A stretch of DNA of 35,967 nucleotides from an uncultured bacterium (GTDB lineage Bacteria; Hydrothermota; 32-111). Location: positions 1-35,967 of the forward strand of contig CBDUZN010000003.1 of assembly GCA_965371715.1 (NCBI GenBank), read 5' to 3'. This document shows positions 26,501-35,967 of this stretch, piece by piece; the first letter of the stretch is position 1, and the number at the start of each line of letters is the position of its first letter. The notes below the pieces were generated by a model. The model worked only from the letters and a program-made list of their open reading frames with translations. It ran no database searches and had not been told where the DNA came from. Position numbers and translations under genes: made by a program.

Positions 26501-29044
26501 ATGGCAATTGGAAGAGAACGAATACTAAGTACCAATATTGAAGAAGAAATGAAAACATCCTATATGGAATATGCTATGTCTGTTATTGTCAGCAGGGCAT
26601 TACCGGATGTGCGCGATGGATTAAAACCAGTTCACAGAAGGATTCTTTTTGCAATGAAGGAATTGGGATTATTTCACAACAAAGCATATAGAAAATCAGC
26701 AACAGTTGTGGGAGAGGTGCTTGGAAAATATCATCCACATGGTGATAAGGCAATTTATGATTCACTTGTAAGAATGGCGCAGGACTTTTCATTAAGATAT
26801 CCTATGGTGCAGGGACAAGGTAACTTTGGTTCCATTTATGGAGATAATGCGGCGGCATACAGATATACAGAATCAAGATTACAACGGCTTGCAGAAGAAA
26901 TGCTTCTTGATATTGATAAAAAAACAGTTGATTTTAAGCCCAATTTTGATGGTTCATTTAGTGAGCCGGTTGTGCTTCCTTCAATGGCACCAAATCTTCT
27001 TATAAATGGTGCCTCGGGTATTGCTGTTGGAATGGCTACCAATATTCCACCTCATAATATAGTTGAAACAATAGATGGAGTTATTGCATATATTGATAAT
27101 CCAGAAATATCCATTCTTGAACTTATGGAACATATAAAGGGTCCTGATTTTCCAACAGGTGGGATTATTCAAGGAACAACAGGAATAAGGAATGCATACG
27201 AAACAGGTAGGGGTAAAATTATTCTTAAAGCAAGAATAAAGTTTGAAACAAAAAAGAATGATAGAGAACAAATTGTTATTACAGAGGTACCCTATCAAAT
27301 CAATGTTACAAAGATGATTGAAAAAATAGCTGAACTTGTGAATACAAAAAAGATAACAGATATTTCTGATATGAGAGATGAATCCGATAAAGATGGCATG
27401 CGCATTGTTGTTGAATTGAAAAGGGCAGCCAATAAAAATGTTGTAGTTAATCAACTTTTGCAGCATACTCAATTAAAGACATCCTATTCTATTATGTTTA
27501 TTTCACTTGTGAACAATATTCCAAAAATGCTTAATTTAAAGCAAATGATAAAGTATTATGTTGAGCACAGAAAAGAGATTGTGATTAGAAGAACACAATT
27601 TGAATTGGATAAAGCAGAAAAAAGAGCTCATATTGTAGAGGGATTGAAAATTGCAGTTGATAATATTGATGAGGTTGTAAGAATTATTAAAGCATCTCCT
27701 GATGTAGGAACTGCATCACTTAATCTTAGAGAAAGATTCTCATTAAGCGAGGAGCAGGCAAAAGCAATCCTTGATATGCGTCTTGCTAGATTAACATCGC
27801 TTGAAACAGATAAACTTGAAGCAGAGTATCTTGAATTAATAAAAACAATTGAAAAATTAAAATTTATTCTTTCATCAGAAACACAAATTTTTAAATTAGT
27901 AAAAGAAGAATTACAATATATAAAAGAAAAATATGGTGATAAACGATTAACAGAAATTGTAGCATCAGAGGATGAAGATTTAATTATAGAGGATTTGATT
28001 GCCGATGAAAAGGTTATTGTTAATGTATCCCATAATGGATATATCAAAAGGCAATCTATAAGTTCATATAGACAGCAGCATAGAGGTGGAAAAGGAATTG
28101 CAGGAATGAAAACACAGAAGGATGATTTTGCTGAACGAATATTTATTGCTTCTACGCATCAATATATTCTTTTCTTCACAAACAAGGGCAAGGTATATTG
28201 GCTTAAGGTGTTCAGGGTACCTGAGGGTGGACGCTTGTCAAAAGGAAGAGCAATAATCAATCTTCTTGAACTTGATAAGGATGAAAAGGTTGCAGGTCTT
28301 ATGCCTGTAAGGGAATTTAATAAAGATAAATATATATTTTTTGTTACAGAAAAGGGTCTTGCCAAAAAAACCGAATTACCTGCATTTAGTAAACCAAGAA
28401 AGGGCGGCATAAGAGCAATAATTCTTAGAGATGGAGATAATCTTGCGGATGTACATTTAACAAATGGAAGTAGAGATATTATTGTTGTATCAAGAAAAGG
28501 TAGTGCCATAAGATTCTCAGAAAAGGAAGTAAGAAATATGGGACGAAACACTGCCGGAGTAAAAGCAATAAATCTTTCAAAAGATGACTATGTTATTAAT
28601 ATGGTAATAGTAAAAAGAGAAACAACGGGTTTATTTATTGCAACAGAAAACGGATATGGAAAAAGAACATCCATGAATGCTTTCAGAAGAATGCACAGAG
28701 GTGGCAAAGGCGTTATTGGAATAAAAACCAATGCAAGAAATGGTAAGGTGATAAGTGCAATGGAGGTTCTGGATAATGAAGATCTTTTATTAATTGCAGA
28801 AACAGGAACAATAATAAGAATGTCAATTAATAATATAAGAGAAATCGGAAGAAACACAGCAGGAGTTAGATTGATGAATCTTAATCTTGATGATAAACTT
28901 GTTGATGTTGCAATCCTTGCAAAGGAAGATGATGTTCCGATTAATATAGAAGAACAAACAGAAAATGAAATTGCAGATAAAATAGAAGATGAAACAGAAA
29001 ATGAAAATGAAACAGAAATCGTGGAAAACGACAATGACGAATAA
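26501..29044 (+). CDS. gyrA: DNA gyrase subunit A
   Basis: RALPDVRDGLKPVHRR, YHPHGD, catalytic RYTE (Y122), GyrA-box QHRGGKG, beta-pinwheel repeats, acidic tail. Confidence 0.97.
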   Translation: MAIGRERILSTNIEEEMKTSYMEYAMSVIVSRALPDVRDGLKPVHRRILFAMKELGLFHNKAYRKSATVVGEVLGKYHPHGDKAIYDSLVRMAQDFSLRYPMVQGQGNFGSIYGDNAAAYRYTESRLQRLAEEMLLDIDKKTVDFKPNFDGSFSEPVVLPSMAPNLLINGASGIAVGMATNIPPHNIVETIDGVIAYIDNPEISILELMEHIKGPDFPTGGIIQGTTGIRNAYETGRGKIILKARIKFETKKNDREQIVITEVPYQINVTKMIEKIAELVNTKKITDISDMRDESDKDGMRIVVELKRAANKNVVVNQLLQHTQLKTSYSIMFISLVNNIPKMLNLKQMIKYYVEHRKEIVIRRTQFELDKAEKRAHIVEGLKIAVDNIDEVVRIIKASPDVGTASLNLRERFSLSEEQAKAILDMRLARLTSLETDKLEAEYLELIKTIEKLKFILSSETQIFKLVKEELQYIKEKYGDKRLTEIVASEDEDLIIEDLIADEKVIVNVSHNGYIKRQSISSYRQQHRGGKGIAGMKTQKDDFAERIFIASTHQYILFFTNKGKVYWLKVFRVPEGGRLSKGRAIINLLELDKDEKVAGLMPVREFNKDKYIFFVTEKGLAKKTELPAFSKPRKGGIRAIILRDGDNLADVHLTNGSRDIIVVSRKGSAIRFSEKEVRNMGRNTAGVKAINLSKDDYVINMVIVKRETTGLFIATENGYGKRTSMNAFRRMHRGGKGVIGIKTNARNGKVISAMEVLDNEDLLLIAETGTIIRMSINNIREIGRNTAGVRLMNLNLDDKLVDVAILAKEDDVPINIEEQTENEIADKIEDETENENETEIVENDNDE

Positions 29045-30002
29045 TGAATTTGCAAATGACTTATATAATCGTATAAAAGATAATCTGCATAATATAATTA
29101 TTGGGCAAGACAAAATTCTTGATTTTATTTTGATCACATTAATGTGCAATGCTCATTCAATCATTGTTGGAGTGCCGGGACTTGCAAAAACATTGATAGT
29201 AAAACTTCTTGCAATGACAACTGACCTTTCTTTTAATAGAATTCAATTTACTCCTGATTTGATGCCTTCGGATATCTTGGGCACTGTTCTTTTAAAGAAG
29301 AACAAAAATGGAGAAACAGATTATGGATTTGTTAAGGGACCTGTTTTCTGTAATATTCTGCTTGCTGATGAAATAAATAGAACACCCCCCAAAACGCAGG
29401 CAGCCTTACTGCAGGCAATGGAAGAGAGAATGATAAGCATTGAGGGTGAGCATTATGATTTAACAAGACCATTTAATGTATTTGCAACTCAAAATCCTAT
29501 TGAACAGGAAGGCACATATCCATTACCTGAAGCACAACTTGATAGATTTATGTTTAGAATCAGCATTGATTATCCTTCAAAAGATGAAGAAACAATGATT
29601 GTGGGGAATAGACAGATTGATGAGAAGTATAAGATAAAAAAAGGAATTGTTAAAAAAGATGAAATTATGAAATTGCAGAATATTGTTCGAGAAATACCTG
29701 CTGGTTCAAATATTGAAAGATTGGTTGTAAATATTTTAAGAAATACAAGACCTGAAACAAGTTCTATAAAAAATGTTAAGGAAATGATTAAATGGGGAGC
29801 CAGTCCCAGAGCGGGAATTTATATGCTTATAGCAGCAAAAGCCCATGCATTGATAAAAGGAAGATTGACTCCTGATATTGAAGATATTAAAAAAGTGCTG
29901 CCAATGGTTCTTGAACATAGATTGATTCTCTCATTTAAGGGAGAAATGGAAAATATTTCCAAAGGAGATATTATAAATGAAATTATTAAAAATTCTGTTT
30001 AG
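29034..30002 (+). CDS. moxR: MoxR family AAA+ ATPase
   Basis: GVPGLAKT, RIQFTPDLMPSD, LLADEINR, ATQNPIEQEGTYPLPEAQLDRF; ATG 29034 overlapping the gyrA end is the likely start. Confidence 0.93.
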   Translation: MTNNEFANDLYNRIKDNLHNIIIGQDKILDFILITLMCNAHSIIVGVPGLAKTLIVKLLAMTTDLSFNRIQFTPDLMPSDILGTVLLKKNKNGETDYGFVKGPVFCNILLADEINRTPPKTQAALLQAMEERMISIEGEHYDLTRPFNVFATQNPIEQEGTYPLPEAQLDRFMFRISIDYPSKDEETMIVGNRQIDEKYKIKKGIVKKDEIMKLQNIVREIPAGSNIERLVVNILRNTRPETSSIKNVKEMIKWGASPRAGIYMLIAAKAHALIKGRLTPDIEDIKKVLPMVLEHRLILSFKGEMENISKGDIINEIIKNSV

Positions 30003-31149
30003 TTTTCTTATAATAATAATTTTTCTCAATATTTCAGCACAAACTGACTTTCAGGAAAAGATAAAACAAAATGAGAAAAAACTTGGAGAAATAAAAAAAC
30101 AACTTAATAGTGTTAAATCAAAAAAGGATAGCATAAATATTCAGCGCAGCAAAACATTAATTGTTTTGAACAGAATGGATGATGAAATCTATTTGACTGA
30201 TTTGCTTATTAATGAAATGGAAAGAAGAGATTCTCTTTTAACAACAAGGATCACTGTATTAGGAGTGGAAATAGATTCATTGGAAATAGAATTGGTTGTC
30301 AGAAAAGAAGCATTAAAGAAGCGAATAGTTTCCCTTTATAAAAAGGGCAAAATTCATACATTTGAAATTATGTTCACATCAAAATCATTTTCGGATTTGT
30401 CCAATAGATTAATGTATCTATCCACATTGGCAAATCAGGATAAAAAATTGTATGATAAAGTATTTTACACACAGAATATTTTAAATAGAAGAATTGATGA
30501 AATGAGTATTAATAGAGAGCAATTGAAGATTATCAAAATTGAAGCAGAAAATGAAAAAGAAACATTGCAAATAGAAAAAGAGAACAAACAAATATTTTTA
30601 AATAAACTTTCAGGTGAACAGCAAAAGCAAAGAAAACTGGAAAAAGAATTAATAAAATCAAAGGAATCATTACAATATCTTATTAACAAATTGCGTGTTG
30701 CAAATACAAATATTGATAAAAACAGAAATGTAAAGGAAGGGAAACATTATTTTGATAAGATAAAGAAAAATGTAATATGGCCTGCAAGTGGAAAAGTTAT
30801 TTCAAAATTTGGTACAGTAAGACATCCGAAATATAATACAAAAACTCTTAATAATGGCATTGATATAAAAGTGATAAAGGGTGAACCTGTTTATGCTGTA
30901 TATGATGGAGATGTAATTTATGCAGATAAATTTCTTGGATATGGAAATGTTATTATGCTTGACCATGGGAATGGATACTTTACTTTGTATGCGCATTTAG
31001 AGGAAATGAATGTAATTCTAAATCAACCGGTTATGAGTGCTGAGGCAATAGGAACCTGCGGTGAGACAGGGTCATTATCCGGAGCAATTCTGCATTTTGA
31101 AATCAGAAAAGATGGAAAGCCATTAAATCCATACAATTATTTAAAATAG
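29977..31149 (+). CDS. envC: EnvC-like murein hydrolase activator (coiled coil + M23 domain)
   Basis: Signal peptide, long coiled coil, WPASG..SKFG, NNGIDI, GYGNVIMLDHG, LHFEIR. Confidence 0.85.
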   Translation: MKLLKILFSFLIIIIFLNISAQTDFQEKIKQNEKKLGEIKKQLNSVKSKKDSINIQRSKTLIVLNRMDDEIYLTDLLINEMERRDSLLTTRITVLGVEIDSLEIELVVRKEALKKRIVSLYKKGKIHTFEIMFTSKSFSDLSNRLMYLSTLANQDKKLYDKVFYTQNILNRRIDEMSINREQLKIIKIEAENEKETLQIEKENKQIFLNKLSGEQQKQRKLEKELIKSKESLQYLINKLRVANTNIDKNRNVKEGKHYFDKIKKNVIWPASGKVISKFGTVRHPKYNTKTLNNGIDIKVIKGEPVYAVYDGDVIYADKFLGYGNVIMLDHGNGYFTLYAHLEEMNVILNQPVMSAEAIGTCGETGSLSGAILHFEIRKDGKPLNPYNYLK

Positions 31150-32274
31150 ATGTACAAAAAAATTTACGGTCATAATAATACAAAAAGACGCCTTATAAAG
31201 ATTATTGAAGATAATAGGCTTGCTCATGCATATTTATTTTCTGGACCGGCAAAGGTAGGAAAATTCTCAATGGCAGTTGAGTTTGCTAAAAATATAATTG
31301 GCGAAAAATACAGAAAAGATATGGATTCATATATTTTTCCGGATTTAACAATTGTTTTTCCATTTTTGAAAAAAGATATGAAAACAGAGAGCAATTTTCT
31401 TGTTGGAATGAGAAAAACAGTTATGAAACAGGTGAGAGAAAATGCTGAAGGGGATATCTTTGCAAAGATGGAAAAGAATGCAAATATACCAATTGATGTA
31501 ATAAGAGAATTGATCATTTATTCAAATAAGAAAGCATATGTAGCTGATAAAAAAGTAATAATTGTAAAAAGTGCTGAAAAAATGAGAAAGGAAGGGGCAA
31601 ACAGTTTTCTAAAATTGCTTGAAGAACCACCATCAAATACAATACTTATTCTTACAACAGATAATCTAAATAGTATTCTTCCTACAATTGTATCAAGATG
31701 TCAATTAATAAAATTCGGATATTTATCCAATGATGAAATTAGAGATTACATAAAAGAAAAAGATGGACAGGAAATATCAAAAGATGCATTGAATTTGATG
31801 GATGGAACATTTGAGAATATAAGAACTGCTGAATTGATTGCCGGAATCACAGATAGAAAAAATTTACTAGATATGATTATAGATAGAAATGAAAAATCAA
31901 TAATGGATTTGTTGAAAAAAATTATAGCTCGTGAAAAAAAGAAAGAAGAAGTAGAGAAGAAGAAAAGAGAAAAGAAAATGGGAAAAAAAGAGAGGAAAGA
32001 ATATAAATCAGATGTGGGAATTAAACAAACATTTCTTTTATATCTTATAAAAATACTTTTACAGGTTATTAATATTGCTATAATAGAAAGGAATACTGAA
32101 GAAAGAGATAATTCTCCTTTATCAGAGTATAAAACAGAAAATCTGAATAATATAACAGATGAACTGATACAAATAGAGGGAGACATAAAAAGGAATATTC
32201 CAACAGAAAGAATAATTAAATATCTTATAACACTATTTTCATTAAAAGAGGTTAAAAATGTATGCCAGAGTTGA
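31150..32274 (+). CDS. holB: DNA polymerase III delta-prime subunit
   Basis: HAYLFSGPAKVGK, NSFLKLLEEPP, ILPTIVSRC; holB-yaaT-metG context. Confidence 0.88.
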   Translation: MYKKIYGHNNTKRRLIKIIEDNRLAHAYLFSGPAKVGKFSMAVEFAKNIIGEKYRKDMDSYIFPDLTIVFPFLKKDMKTESNFLVGMRKTVMKQVRENAEGDIFAKMEKNANIPIDVIRELIIYSNKKAYVADKKVIIVKSAEKMRKEGANSFLKLLEEPPSNTILILTTDNLNSILPTIVSRCQLIKFGYLSNDEIRDYIKEKDGQEISKDALNLMDGTFENIRTAELIAGITDRKNLLDMIIDRNEKSIMDLLKKIIAREKKKEEVEKKKREKKMGKKERKEYKSDVGIKQTFLLYLIKILLQVINIAIIERNTEERDNSPLSEYKTENLNNITDELIQIEGDIKRNIPTERIIKYLITLFSLKEVKNVCQS

Positions 32275-33112
32275 GTTTAGAGGACATGAAAGAGAGTTTT
32301 TTCACATACCTCAGAATGTTGATTTGAAGGAAAATGATTTAGCAGTATGTAAACATGAGCAAGGTTTGGATATTGGAAAAGTGCTTAATGTGCAGGTTGA
32401 TGATACAAAAGAATCAATCGGGAAAATAATAAGAAGCACAACTGTAGATGATATGCGTTTATTGCGTTCATATGAAATAAAGGAAAGAAATTCATTAAAA
32501 ACATCAACAGATATTATTGATAAGCACAAATTAAGCATTAAGCTTGTTGATATACAGATTCATTATGATGGACAAAGAATGACTTTCTATTTTATATCAG
32601 AAAAAAGAATAGATTTTAGACAGCTTGTAAAAGATCTTGCCGGACATTATCATACAAGAATCAGAATGAAACAAATAGGAGTGAGAGATTATGCAAAACA
32701 CCTTGGAGGAGTTGGACCATGTGGACTTGATTTGTGTTGTACCCGTTTTCTAACAAGCTTTAAAGCAATAGGATTACAAATATTGAAAGATCAGAATCTT
32801 TCTATGACACCGCAGAAGGTATCCGGTATGTGTGGACGACTATTATGTTGTCTTATGTATGAAATAGATTTTTACGAAGAAGTCAATAAAAAATTTCCAC
32901 CTTGCTACTCTTTTTTGAATACATCAAAATATGGTAAAGGGAAAATTATGAAAGTAGATATATTTAGAAGCAAAATTACAGTACAATATGAGAATGTTGA
33001 GGAGAATGGAGGAGTGATTACGCATACATTAAAGGAATTTAATGAAATAAAGGAAAAAACAATAAGATATGTGCCAATGGAAGAAATTAAAAAAGAAGGA
33101 ACAAATGATTAA
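32258..33112 (+). CDS. ricT: PSP1 domain protein (YaaT/RicT family)
   Basis: RIDFRQLVKDLA, QIGVRD, GPCGLDLCC, SGMCGRLLCCLMYE. Confidence 0.9.
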   Translation: MYARVEFRGHEREFFHIPQNVDLKENDLAVCKHEQGLDIGKVLNVQVDDTKESIGKIIRSTTVDDMRLLRSYEIKERNSLKTSTDIIDKHKLSIKLVDIQIHYDGQRMTFYFISEKRIDFRQLVKDLAGHYHTRIRMKQIGVRDYAKHLGGVGPCGLDLCCTRFLTSFKAIGLQILKDQNLSMTPQKVSGMCGRLLCCLMYEIDFYEEVNKKFPPCYSFLNTSKYGKGKIMKVDIFRSKITVQYENVEENGGVITHTLKEFNEIKEKTIRYVPMEEIKKEGTND

Positions 33113-34793
33113 ATATCTTGTTACGGCAGCCTTACCATATGCAAATGGACCCACTCACTTGGGACATCTTGCCGGAGCATATCTTCCAGCAGATATATAT
33201 GTAAGATATTTGAGAATGAAAAAGAGGGATGTTCTTTTTATTTGCGGTAGCGATGAACATGGCGTTCCTGTTACAATTAAAGCAGAAGAAAAGGGACAAA
33301 CACCACAGGAGATTGCTGATTTTTATCATAATTTGATGAAAGAGAGTTTTATAAAATTTGGTATTAATTTTGATAATTTTTCCAAAACATCAAGACCGCT
33401 TCATCATAAAAATTCCCAACATTTTTTTAAGCGTCTTCTTGAAAATGGACATTTAGAAAAAAAGACAGAGAATCAATATTATTGTGAAAAATGTGAAAGA
33501 TTTTTACCGGATAGATATGTTGAAGGTATATGTCCACATTGTAAATTTGACGGAGCAAGAGGAGATCAATGTGATAAATGCGGACATGTGATTGATAACG
33601 TATCCCTTATTGAGCCAAAATGTAAATTGTGTGGTTCTAAACCTATAATCAGGGAAACAGAACACTTCTTTCTCAAACTTAATGAATTTGCAGAAAAATT
33701 AAAAATATGGATAGAAAGTAAAACCAATTGGAATAGTAATGTAAGAGAATTTGCATTGGGCTGGATAAAGGAAGGATTAAAACCAAGGGCAATGACAAGG
33801 GACTTGAAATGGGGAGTTAAAATTCCTGTTGATGGATACGAGGATAAGGTGCTGTATGTGTGGTTCGATGCCCCTATAGGTTATCTTACTTCAACAATGG
33901 AATGGGCTGAAAAAATCGGAGAACCGGAGAAATGGATAGAATATTGGAAAGGAAACAATTCGCGTCTTATTCACTTTTTAGGAAAGGATAATATTGTTTT
34001 TCACTCTGTGATATGGCCATCAATGCTTATGGGTGTTGATGATGGATATAATCTTCCTTATGATATTCCTGCAAATGAGTATTTAAATATCGAGGGACAG
34101 AAAATATCAACATCAAGAAATAATGCTATATGGCTTAATGATTATCTTGATGATTTTCCGCCTGATATTATGAGATATACATTGGCTGTAAATTTGCCGG
34201 AGAATAAGGATTCTGATTTTTCATGGAAGGATTTTCAGACAAAAAACAATTCAGAACTTGCGGATATTTTTGGTAATTTCATAAATAGAACAATTGTATT
34301 TATACAGAAATATAATAATGGGGAATTAAATGCGGATATAAATCTTAAAGATACGGATAAGGAATTTTTGGATATAATCAATAAAAAAATGGAATTAATA
34401 GGACAACATATTGAAAATTACAAATTGAGAAAAGCGGTATATGAATTTATGGATATTGCAAGGGAGTCAAATAAATATTTTACAGTGGTAGAGCCATGGA
34501 CATTAAAAAAGAATAAAGAACGACTTAACACTGTTCTCTATGTATGTCTTAAAGCAGTTATAATACTATCTATTGCTTCAGAACCATTTATTCCATTTAC
34601 AGCAGAAAAAATAAGAAAATTTCTCAATATAAAAGAATTGCATTGGGATGATTATAAAACCATTAAACCACCACTTACAATAACAACCAATAGAATGCCA
34701 ATACTGTTCTCCAAAATAGAAGATAAAACTATTGAACTTCAACTTGAAAAAATTTTTGGAAAAAAAAAAGAAGAACAAGGTGATATGAATTAA
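33105..34793 (+). CDS. metG: Methionine--tRNA ligase, catalytic and anticodon-binding domains
   Basis: TAALPYANG..HLGH, zinc knuckle CxxC motifs, YVWFDA, GKDN, KISTS; ends at an in-frame TAA before the C-terminal domain. Confidence 0.95.
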   Translation: MIKYLVTAALPYANGPTHLGHLAGAYLPADIYVRYLRMKKRDVLFICGSDEHGVPVTIKAEEKGQTPQEIADFYHNLMKESFIKFGINFDNFSKTSRPLHHKNSQHFFKRLLENGHLEKKTENQYYCEKCERFLPDRYVEGICPHCKFDGARGDQCDKCGHVIDNVSLIEPKCKLCGSKPIIRETEHFFLKLNEFAEKLKIWIESKTNWNSNVREFALGWIKEGLKPRAMTRDLKWGVKIPVDGYEDKVLYVWFDAPIGYLTSTMEWAEKIGEPEKWIEYWKGNNSRLIHFLGKDNIVFHSVIWPSMLMGVDDGYNLPYDIPANEYLNIEGQKISTSRNNAIWLNDYLDDFPPDIMRYTLAVNLPENKDSDFSWKDFQTKNNSELADIFGNFINRTIVFIQKYNNGELNADINLKDTDKEFLDIINKKMELIGQHIENYKLRKAVYEFMDIARESNKYFTVVEPWTLKKNKERLNTVLYVCLKAVIILSIASEPFIPFTAEKIRKFLNIKELHWDDYKTIKPPLTITTNRMPILFSKIEDKTIELQLEKIFGKKKEEQGDMN

Positions 34794-35111
34794 TTTGATG
34801 AATTTAAAAAAGCTAAACTTGTTGTTGCAAAAATTCTTGAATCAGAAAAAGTAATAAAGGCAGATAAATTACTTAAATTGAAAATTGATATTGGTAGCGA
34901 GCAAAGAACAATCATTGCAGGTATTGCAGAATTTTATGATCCCGATGATATTATTGGTAAAAATATTATTGTTGTGAAAAATCTTAAGCCGGCAAAGATA
35001 AGAGGTATTGAATCAAATGGTATGCTGCTTGCTGCCTCTGATAAGGATAAAAAACAATTAAGAGTAGTTTTTGCACCTGAAAATGCAAATCCCGGTGATA
35101 ATGTCGGATAA
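34794..35111 (+). CDS. MetRS C-terminal tRNA-binding (Trbp111/OB-fold) domain, in frame with metG after TAA
   Basis: FDEFKKAKLVVAKILESEKVIKADKLLKLKIDIGSEQRTIIAGI...NLKPAKIRGIESNGMLLAA. Confidence 0.85.
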   Translation, partial: FDEFKKAKLVVAKILESEKVIKADKLLKLKIDIGSEQRTIIAGIAEFYDPDDIIGKNIIVVKNLKPAKIRGIESNGMLLAASDKDKKQLRVVFAPENANPGDNVG

Positions 35112-35886
35112 GCCCTTTCTTGATGGACATACACATCTACAGATGGATGAGTTTTCAGAAAACCGAAAGCAAATGATTGAATCATTACGCAAGAAAAATG
35201 TCCGTATAATTTGTAATGTTGGTTATGATTATGATTCATCAAGGGCAATAGCGGAATTAGAATTTCCGGATGATTTTAAAACATATGCTTTTTGTGGTAT
35301 TCATCCCCATTATGCAGACAAACACGAAAAAAATGATTTGGACAAAATAATAAAATTGCTGAAAAACGGGCATTACAATGGTATTGGTGAGATTGGTATT
35401 GATAAATACTGGCATAAGGAAGAGAAAAACATTAAAATGCAAAAGGAACTATTTATATCCCAATTAGAAATTGCAGAAAAATTAAAAATTCCGGCAATGC
35501 TTCATATCAGGGATGCATATGATGAAGCATTTGAAATTCTTGAGGATTATACATTAGTAAATGTTGAGTTTCACAGTTTTACAGGAGAAAAGCGACATCT
35601 TGAAGAAATATATAGAAGAGGATACTTTTTTGGTATTAATGGTGTAGTAACATTCAAGAATTCCTTATTAAAGGAAACATTAGAAAGAAAATATATTGAT
35701 AAAATGATTATTGAAACAGATGCTCCTTATCTTACACCTGTTCCCTATCGCGGAAAGAGAAACAGAAGTGAGTATGTGATTTATGTTTATAGGTTTATAT
35801 CGGATTACTTGAATATTGAAATGGAGGAATTGAAAGAAATGGTATATAATAATTTTATAAGATTTATAAGTAAAGACAATGGCTAA
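35101..35886 (+). CDS. tatD: TatD family nuclease
   Basis: DGHTHL, GIHPH, GIGEIGID, HIRDA, HSFTG, ETDAPYLTP; ATG 35101 likely start. Confidence 0.93.
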   Translation: MSDKPFLDGHTHLQMDEFSENRKQMIESLRKKNVRIICNVGYDYDSSRAIAELEFPDDFKTYAFCGIHPHYADKHEKNDLDKIIKLLKNGHYNGIGEIGIDKYWHKEEKNIKMQKELFISQLEIAEKLKIPAMLHIRDAYDEAFEILEDYTLVNVEFHSFTGEKRHLEEIYRRGYFFGINGVVTFKNSLLKETLERKYIDKMIIETDAPYLTPVPYRGKRNRSEYVIYVYRFISDYLNIEMEELKEMVYNNFIRFISKDNG

Positions 35887-35967
35887 CAAGAGATTATCAC
35901 AGCATTTTCTAACAGATGAGATGGTGCTTAAAGATATTGAAAATATAATTCCTGCACTGAATAATAA
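35879..35967 (+). CDS. rsmA: 16S rRNA dimethyladenosine transferase, N-terminal part (runs off window)
   Basis: MANKRLSQHFLTD resembles the KsgA KxLGQxFLxD motif; typical metG-tatD-ksgA order. Confidence 0.7.
   Translation, partial: MANKRLSQHFLTDEMVLKDIENIIPALNN

Noticed and set aside
13137-34793. Genome-wide stop-codon reassignment as the explanation for in-frame stops
   Set aside because: The interruptions use three different codons (TAG, TGA, TAA) and all three terminate conserved genes normally (gyrA TAA, moxR and envC TAG, holB and pbpC TGA)
26589-35889. Numerous minus-strand ORFs over gyrA to tatD, and similar ones over A2M/pbpC
   Set aside because: Antisense shadows of well-supported genes with no motifs of their own

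Overview
AT-rich bacterial chromosomal window, mostly + strand. Secreted proteins with T9SS/FlgD-like C-termini suggest an FCB-related lineage (inference only). Left ~25 kb is accessory/envelope: alpha/beta hydrolase, HemN-like radical SAM, alpha-2-macroglobulin-pbpC pair, two methyltransferases, two LVIVD-repeat secreted proteins, YkgJ-type, PEGA-like, ferredoxin fusion, NADH oxidase/CoA-disulfide reductase, DUF2330-like, GGCT, metallophosphoesterase, plus gene remnants and REP/MITE-like palindromes. Right ~10 kb is housekeeping: smr-lipoprotein-gyrA-moxR-envC-holB-PSP1/yaaT-metG-tatD-rsmA(partial). Best novel signal: a duplicated ~250-280 bp minus-strand module missed by the ORF track (17883-18132 and 22553-22830). 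Each copy has an exact TGTAAC-N16-CGTA ECF-sigma-type promoter, an RBS, a 33/42-aa hydrophobic peptide with synonymous changes between copies, and a conserved 3' hairpin with a compensatory base pair. There are also in-frame stops inside metG and an LVIVD gene.
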